DNA of 56,333 nucleotides, counting the filler, from Dugesia japonica (lineage: Eukaryota), in assembly GCA_001938525.1 (NCBI GenBank). It is 4 parts of 4 records of this genome, joined end to end, with 100 filler letters (N's around TTAATTAATTAA, not from the genome) between each part and the next. Parts side by side here need not be neighbours in the genome. Positions count along the whole stretch, not along the records: positions 44,144 to 56,333 come from MQRL01584358.1; 3 more parts are not named here. The stretch is one strand, 5' to 3'. Made by a program: the position numbers and the translations under genes. Below, piece by piece: positions 49,371-56,333 of the stretch. The notes under the pieces are model-generated. The model was not told where the DNA came from, searched no databases, and saw nothing but the letters and a program-made list of their open reading frames with translations. Each line of letters opens with the position of its first letter. The stretch's first letter is position 1.

Positions 49371-50039
49371 GTAAAAATTCCGGGAAAAAAGTGGATAAGC
49401 ACCTAATTCTGTTGTCGGTATTACCCATAACAGAAATAAAACTTTATTTTATTATCTTATTTTATTTAGATCAATATTTTATTTCAATAATTTCTAATCT
49501 AAAGTTAATAGTAGTAATCATTTATTATTTTAAAATGTATGTTTTTTCACAATTTACAGTTATTTACAATATCGTTTACCATTGTTTACCGAAGTATGAA
49601 ACTGCTAAAAATTGTTTTAGTTTTATTTCTAGATTATTCATAATAATCAATAATTATGTATCAATTTTATTTATCAATTCATTTTTTCCGCTTGATTAAT
49701 TTTGCAAAATTCGTTTAATAATTAAATGACGTTCAATGTATTGTAAATTTATTGATGTATTTATAATTTATTGATTGATTTATAATTTATTGACTTATTT
49801 AAAATTTGTTAATTTCTTTGTAATTTAACCACCATTTCAAAATATAATTTTCTATTTCATATAAAGATATTCAATAATCCTTTGAGGACAGAATTAAAAG
49901 TATTTTATTAAACAAATTTTATTTATTGTTTTTTATTGATTTTTATTTATACAATTTATACCTACTGACACAAACAATCTGAAAAAATCTCTAAACAAGT
50001 ATTACCGTTCTAAAATCTGAACAAACTCTATCCGCAGTA

Positions 50040-50382
50040 TAAGCAACACATATTGCAGTATGGTTCTTTTATAGGCATTTAAGAAATTGATTTTAAATAT
50101 GTAGTTAGCGAGTATAACCAGTTGTCATGAAAGGGTTAAATACTCAATCATGTAATCTCTTTAATAAATCAAATTAATTAAAATCATTCAATGAAGACCT
50201 AGAAATTTTATTTCTACTAATATATCAAGGAAAGAAAGTTGGTAGTTACTTTCCATTTCTTTAGTGAATCTAGTTATAATATACAACAAATTCATATAGT
50301 TTAGAATAGGCCAAATATTTACTTGATTATTAAAAATCAGATAGATATCATTCACGTCACGTTTATATACCAATGGTTTCAT
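50040..50382 (-). mobile_element. Penelope-like RT fragment
   Basis: KPLVYKRDVNDIYLIF...MN....RFTKEMESNYQLSFLDILV is a decayed YxRYVDD...FTxExE...LxFLD of PLE RTs. Confidence 0.75.
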
Positions 50383-52132
50383 TCAGTAAACATATCGATC
50401 TTTTTCGTCAATATTCGAAATATTTGATTTAATTATAATTTATTTTTTTCATTATAATCAGTAAAAAAATAAAATCTAATTGAAAAATTCTGATGATTTG
50501 TTTTATTCAGAATGATTGCATTATGGGACTATTGCTACTTCAGACAGCGCAGTAAAAATATTGAAAATAAACTAATAAGCAGCATTGTGTAAAATTAAAT
50601 AATTCATTGTTAGGATATTTTGATATTGTTCGGTAGAAATGATGCTCTGGCTTATTTTGTTTTTTATTTGATCGATTCTAACAACGACTGGAAATACTGG
50701 ATGGAATTGTGAGATTCTCTGATCATTGTGAAAGATTTTAATGATGACAATTTTCATTTAGATTCAAGAGTCGATTTTTATTGAGATCAGTTAATAGTTC
50801 TGTTGTTAATGAAAGAATCACTAATTCGTGAGATTCAATCAAATAAATCCAAAATTTATTAATTATATTTAGTAATACTGATAAGTTCAGAATCAATTTG
50901 AGAATCAATGGAAAATTTTCATTTAAATTTATTTCTTACAAGCCGAAGACTATAATCGATGCAAAAAAATCCATCTCAGATATATTAAAAGTCAATATGC
51001 AACATTTGTATTGTATCAAACCTGGAGCCGATCAAAAACCAAACGATGAAGAACAATTCGATGATGAATTTATAATTGAAGTTGTGTTGAGGTTGGCGTT
51101 AATTTGAATTTGAATATCAGATAATTGGTTAAATGTTGACAACTATTAAAAGATTTCATTAAATTAAAGCTTCGATCATTAAATTAATAAGCAGCATGGT
51201 GTAAAATTAAATAATTCATCGATAGANNNNNNNNNNNNNNNNNNNNNNNNNNNNNNNNNNNNNNNNNNNNNNNNNNCAATGGTTTCATTCAGTAAACATA
51301 TCGATCTTTTTCGTCAATATTCGAAATATTTGATTTAATTATAATTTATTCATTTCATTATAATCAGTAAAAAAACAAAATCTAATTGAAAAATTCTGAT
51401 GATTTGTTTTATTCAGAATGATTGCATTATGGGACTATTGCTACTTGAGACAGCGCAGTAAAAATATTGAAAATAAACTAATAAGCAGCATTGTGTAAAA
51501 TTAAATAATTCATTGTTAGAATATTTTGATATTGTTCGGTAGAAATGATGCTCTGGTTTATTTTGTTTTTTATTTGATCGATTCTAACAACGACTGGAAA
51601 TACTGGATGGAATTGTGAGATTCTCTCATCATTGTGAAAGATTTTAATGATGACAATTTTCATTTAGGTTCAAGAGGCGATTTTTATTGAGATCAGTTAA
51701 TAGTTCTGTTGTTAATGAAAGAATCACTAATTCGTGAGATTCAATCAAATAAATCCAAAATTTATTAATTATATTTAGTAATACTGATAAGTTCAGAATC
51801 AATTTGAGAATCAATGGAAAATTTTCATTTAAATTTATTTCTTACAAGCCGAAGACTATAATCGATGCAAAAAAATCCATCTCAGATATATTAAAAGTCA
51901 ATATGCAACATTTGTATTGTATCAAACCTGGAGCCGATCAAAAACCAAACGATGAAGAACAATTCGATGATGAATTTATAATTGAAGTTGTGTTGAGGTT
52001 GGCGTTAATTTGAATTTGAATATCAGATAATTGGTTAAATGTTGACAACTATTAAAAGATTTCATTAAATTAAAGCTTCGATCATTAAATTAATAAGCAG
52101 CATGGTGTAAAATTAAATAATTCATCGATAGA
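50371..52132. repeat. ~906-bp tandem duplication across a gap
   Basis: 50371-51226 versus 51277-52132 are nearly identical, with scattered substitutions. Confidence 0.9.
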
Positions 52133-54748
52133 ATATTTTGAGATCAAATCAAATTAATTTTCAGTCAATTACTGCATATTTGTTGAGGAATTTCCTAATA
52201 ATGATCTATTTACTAAGGAATTTCATTGGTCAAATTTAAATTTTCAACAATTAATTAGTCGCTCCCATTGATTTTTAACATTTATAGTTATAAGATAAAT
52301 AAATTATAAATTAATTAATAAATGATAAATTATTTTCATACACTGTATTTCAAAAATAGTTTGTTTTCTTTACATATCATTACATTCCCTCATCTGGTTA
52401 GTACAGTCGAGCAATTATTCCGACTGTTCACATCCAGTCTCAAATTGTTAACGCTCCAGACCATTAGCTTCCAATCGAATCCATTCATATACGAACTTAT
52501 CAATTAGCTTGCGTAGTTTTAACTAGGCTAAGCTTGATGACGGTAAAATGATATGGAATTCCAAATCACTGTTATCAAATTCAATGTATAGTATTATTTT
52601 AGTATAAATTAATTTAATGAAAAAGTAATGAAAATAATATTGATAATAATAATAATAGTCAAAATTCGAATAATAATAATAATTTCAATGATAATAATAA
52701 TAATCAACTAATAGTAATAANNNNNNNNNNNNNNNNNNNNNNNNNNNNNNNNNNNNNNNNNNNNNNNNNNNNNNNNNNNNNNNNNNNNNNNNNNNNNNNN
52801 NNNNNNNNNNNNNNNNNNNNNNNNNNNNNNNNNNNNTAATAATTTCAATGATAATAATAATAATCAACTAATAGTAATAATAATAATAATAGTCAAAATT
52901 CGAATAATAAAAATTATACAAATTTTCAAATTTTTGGATGATTTCATTGGGAAATTTTTCGAGAAGGTTGATTTTTGTTTGATTTTAGATAATTATTTCC
53001 TCTGGTTGGTCTGTTTGGGTATAATTATTTACGAAAATTCATGGGAAATAAATGAATTTGTTTAAATAATTCAAATAATTAAAATTTTTAAGTGAATTCG
53101 GAACCTACGAAATTTCGAAAATTTTTGAAAATTTTTTTTGTCGAGATTTTTACATCAATTGTTTATAGAAAACTAAAATAAAAATTCGATAGAATTTTTA
53201 TTAGAATTAAAATAGAATTTAAGAATTCGATAGAGATTATTTTTCACAAATAAAAATTTTTCGAAAATATTGTTTCTCATCTTTCCATTAAATAATTATA
53301 TCTATTAGATAGAGAATTATTTGCTGATTCCAAATATATATATCTAAAATCGCCAAAGTTTATCTGGAATGAAATAAATAGGGTTTGGTGGTGAAAAATC
53401 TCAAATTTTGAATTCTTGTGCTCAATTTTCTCTGCATACATACCTCGTATGGTTTCAAATTTAGTATTATTTTACTCACAAAGAAAGAATGACTATGCAA
53501 AGTTAAAATATCGTCTCGGTAAAAATGCTTCCTAACGAAGATATTCAGCTGTCCTCTCGGATTTGGTAACTTTTTTCGAAAATAGAAAAAGTATCTTAAG
53601 ATAGGTCAAAGAGAATATTTCACTGAATTCAAATATGTAAACCTTAAATCACCAAATCTTATAGATAAAAAGTTAAATAGAAAAAACATGTACTTCATTT
53701 TTGGGAGTCCGGGAGGGAATTATAAAATTTGGAAAGGCTAACTGAAATGTAATTATAAATTAGTCTATCCGATAGAGAATTTTAGTTTGAGTAAGAAAAA
53801 CATGACTACAAATACCAAACCTTATAGATAAAAAGTTATAAAGAAAAAACAAAGTGTAAAATAAGTCGACAATCATTGGAATCGAACAACCACTGATGAA
53901 CTGTAAAAGAAATGCTATTACCGCTGGACCATTTAAAAATTTATTAAATATAAAAAATTTGATTATTTTCATAAGTAATAATATTGAGTTCTACTTGGAA
54001 CTGATTTCAACTTTGTCTGTAACTTTCGTTATTCGTAGTTTCACTTTCATTTGTCAAACATCTTATTTCTTTCATATTGAAGCAATCTATGAANNNNNNN
54101 NNNNNNNNNNNNNNNNNNNNNNNNNNNNNNNNNNNNNNNNNNNNNNNNNNNNNNNNNNNNNNNNNNNNNNNNNNNNNNNNNNNNNNNNNNNNNNNNNNNN
54201 NNNNNNNNNNNNNNNNNNNNNNNNNNNNNNNNNNNNNNNNNNNNNNAAAATATTTATTAAAACAAATTGTGTTATTTCTTTTATTCTTTATATTGAGTGC
54301 TGCTCGAAACATATTTACAGATAACAAATAGCAATACCAACAACAATCAATACTGAGTGCAATATAACTTTAAATAAAAAGAGAAAAATTATTAGATAGT
54401 GTTAAATATTTTCAAGTTACTTAATTGTCATTTCATTATAAATAGTTTTTCTATTTTACAATTTATTTGTATTTTCTATTTTTAAATTTTTTAAAATTAT
54501 TATAGTAAGTTTTTTCTAAAGCAACATTTTTCTAATTAAAAATTATTAAATATTTCAATAATAATAATTTTTGTAAAATTTTCTGTATAACCTTAGAAAA
54601 TAACAAGTTATCTAAGATTGATTGAATTTTTAAATGTTTTATTTTTCCAGTTAATATTAACGCTTGATCTTCATTTTAGAAATGTTTATAAACAGTTTTT
54701 CTTAAAAAATATACTCATAATTTCTGTTTAAGTTTTAATTATTTTTAA

Positions 54749-55800
54749 TTAATTCGTTTTCGTGATGATTATTCCAGTATTGTGAAAATTCCAAACTTTT
54801 GATGAGAATGTATTGTTTGAGATTACACATGATATTAGAAGCTTATTAATCTGTGATTTCTGAACACTAATTTTGATAAGAGTATTTGGTGTTGAAGGAT
54901 GTATTGATCCAAGTGATCCTATAATACAGGTAAATAAGTCTACCTTGAAATCTTGTTTAATGGATTGTATCTGTTGTTTCAATTTGGCATATTTTTCAAG
55001 ATATGCTTTATCAATATTCTCAAAAGTGTTCATTGAATCAATTGGGCATTTAATGTAAACTAAAAATATTTGCTTCTTTTCTATTTTGGTAATAATCAAA
55101 TCGACTCTCTCCTTTGACTCTGGAACTAAAAAACACATATGATTTACGACAACAATTAATTCGCGATTATTCAATTCATTTGTTATTAACTTTAAGCACG
55201 TATTATGTTTTTGTTTAATAATTTCTAGATTTAAATTGCATTTTTGTATGACATGACACAATGTTTCATCAGATAAATGACATCTTCGACAACATCTTTC
55301 TTCAGTGATTTCATATATGGTCGTGCTCTTGTTGACAGTCCACTAGTTCGAGCGTTGTGAACAAAATTCCATGCAAATTCATTTATTTGGCTTTTAAAAA
55401 TGAGTTTATTTGTAAATGGAGATAATTTTATTTCCGAAATAATGTATTGGTTGATGGTACTGTTTTCCCATTTTTCTACATATGACCGAGATAAAGATTT
55501 ACGAATTTCTCTGGATAAGTTATTCCGAGAATTTAGATTGTAAGTATTTGTGACACAAATACTATTAGTTGTCAAGTGTAAGTTTAATTCATTCTCTTTA
55601 AATTCAAATGAAATGTTTATATTGTGGTTTTTTTTATGTATTGGATAGCAGTACGAAATCTCACGAATCTTGTTTTCTTAGACAGTTTGTTGCTTCAAGG
55701 TTCTTTACCATTAATCTATTACAGGCATTCACTAGTATTGGCAGTAGAGAATACTATGTTGATTAAGAAAAACATAGTTAAAAATCACCAATTGTGCTCC
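54749..55800 (-). mobile_element. RLE-type non-LTR retrotransposon (R2/NeSL/R4-like) 3' remnant
   Basis: WNFVHNAR...CRRCH..ETLCHVIQKC (CCHC), KHN (RHN motif), RVDLII....IFLVYIK (PD-(D/E)xK endonuclease), IIGSLGS. Confidence 0.82.
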
Positions 55801-56333
55801 TTGATTAAATAAATTGAAAAAGTAAGTACTTTAGTTGATTCATGAGAAAATTTGTAAGTATGAAATTTAAATTGATAACATTAAATTTGAAATAAAGTAA
55901 TTGTATTTATTAAACTAATAATCAAAAAGTTAATTTATCATTAATTAATAGTCATCAAGTTAATCGTAAAGGAAACAAAGAAATCATAATTAAAGTCATA
56001 TAAATTCAAATTTCACAAGTTAAATTATATGAAAAGTATACATTTTTAATAATAANTAAAATAAACGGTGAACATTTAATAANATCATCAAATCCCACCG
56101 GATTTCATTACACTTTTCATATAATTCTTAAAATTAGGAGCATAATTTTTGTTTTTTAATGGTCAAATTGGATAGTTGGTGAAAATCTAATGAAATACAT
56201 GAAAGGTTTTGGAACGCAGTATAATTATTCAACTTTTATATAAATTTCTTAAAATTCTAAGTAACTTAAAGAAAATTTACACAAATTTTAAAACTTAGTC
56301 TATTTTTTGTATTTGTAATTTTTAAACCAAGTC

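Noticed and set aside
50371-52132. 906-bp duplication as a genuine recent gene duplication
   Set aside because: The copies flank a gap and differ by only scattered SNPs, so they could be uncollapsed haplotypes. Needs read-depth or long-read evidence.
53893-53920. CTGATGA...GAAA hammerhead-like string
   Set aside because: No convincing stem I, II or III pairing.

Overview
Very AT-rich eukaryotic, almost certainly invertebrate-animal, draft-assembly DNA: short GT-AG introns, (ATT)n microsatellites and many N gaps. Three artificial 100-nt spacers (44 N + TTAATTAATTAA + 44 N at 10467-10566, 28784-28883 and 44044-44143) split it into four blocks whose true adjacency is unproven. Host genes are a three-exon METTL21-type lysine methyltransferase, an intact intronless LicD/fukutin-family nucleotidyltransferase, the three C2B exons of a synaptotagmin-1-like gene and small ubiquitin-like ORFs. 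Most of the rest is mobile-element debris. It includes a decayed Polinton/Maverick-like element (pPolB, A32 packaging ATPase, several repeat arrays), a complete hAT with TIRs/TSD, a Tc1/mariner with long TIRs, an internally deleted Gypsy with LTRs/PBS/PPT/TSD and a solo LTR. There are also MULE, Merlin, Helitron and RLE non-LTR remnants, plus Penelope remnants with minimal hammerhead ribozymes. The most unusual item is a decayed retroelement-like unit (6.1-10.4 kb, minus strand) that links a retroviral aspartic protease and a TM segment to a captured DEDDh exonuclease and an RNF10/Mag2-like RING E3 domain. All homology calls are by eye from motifs; no database search was run.
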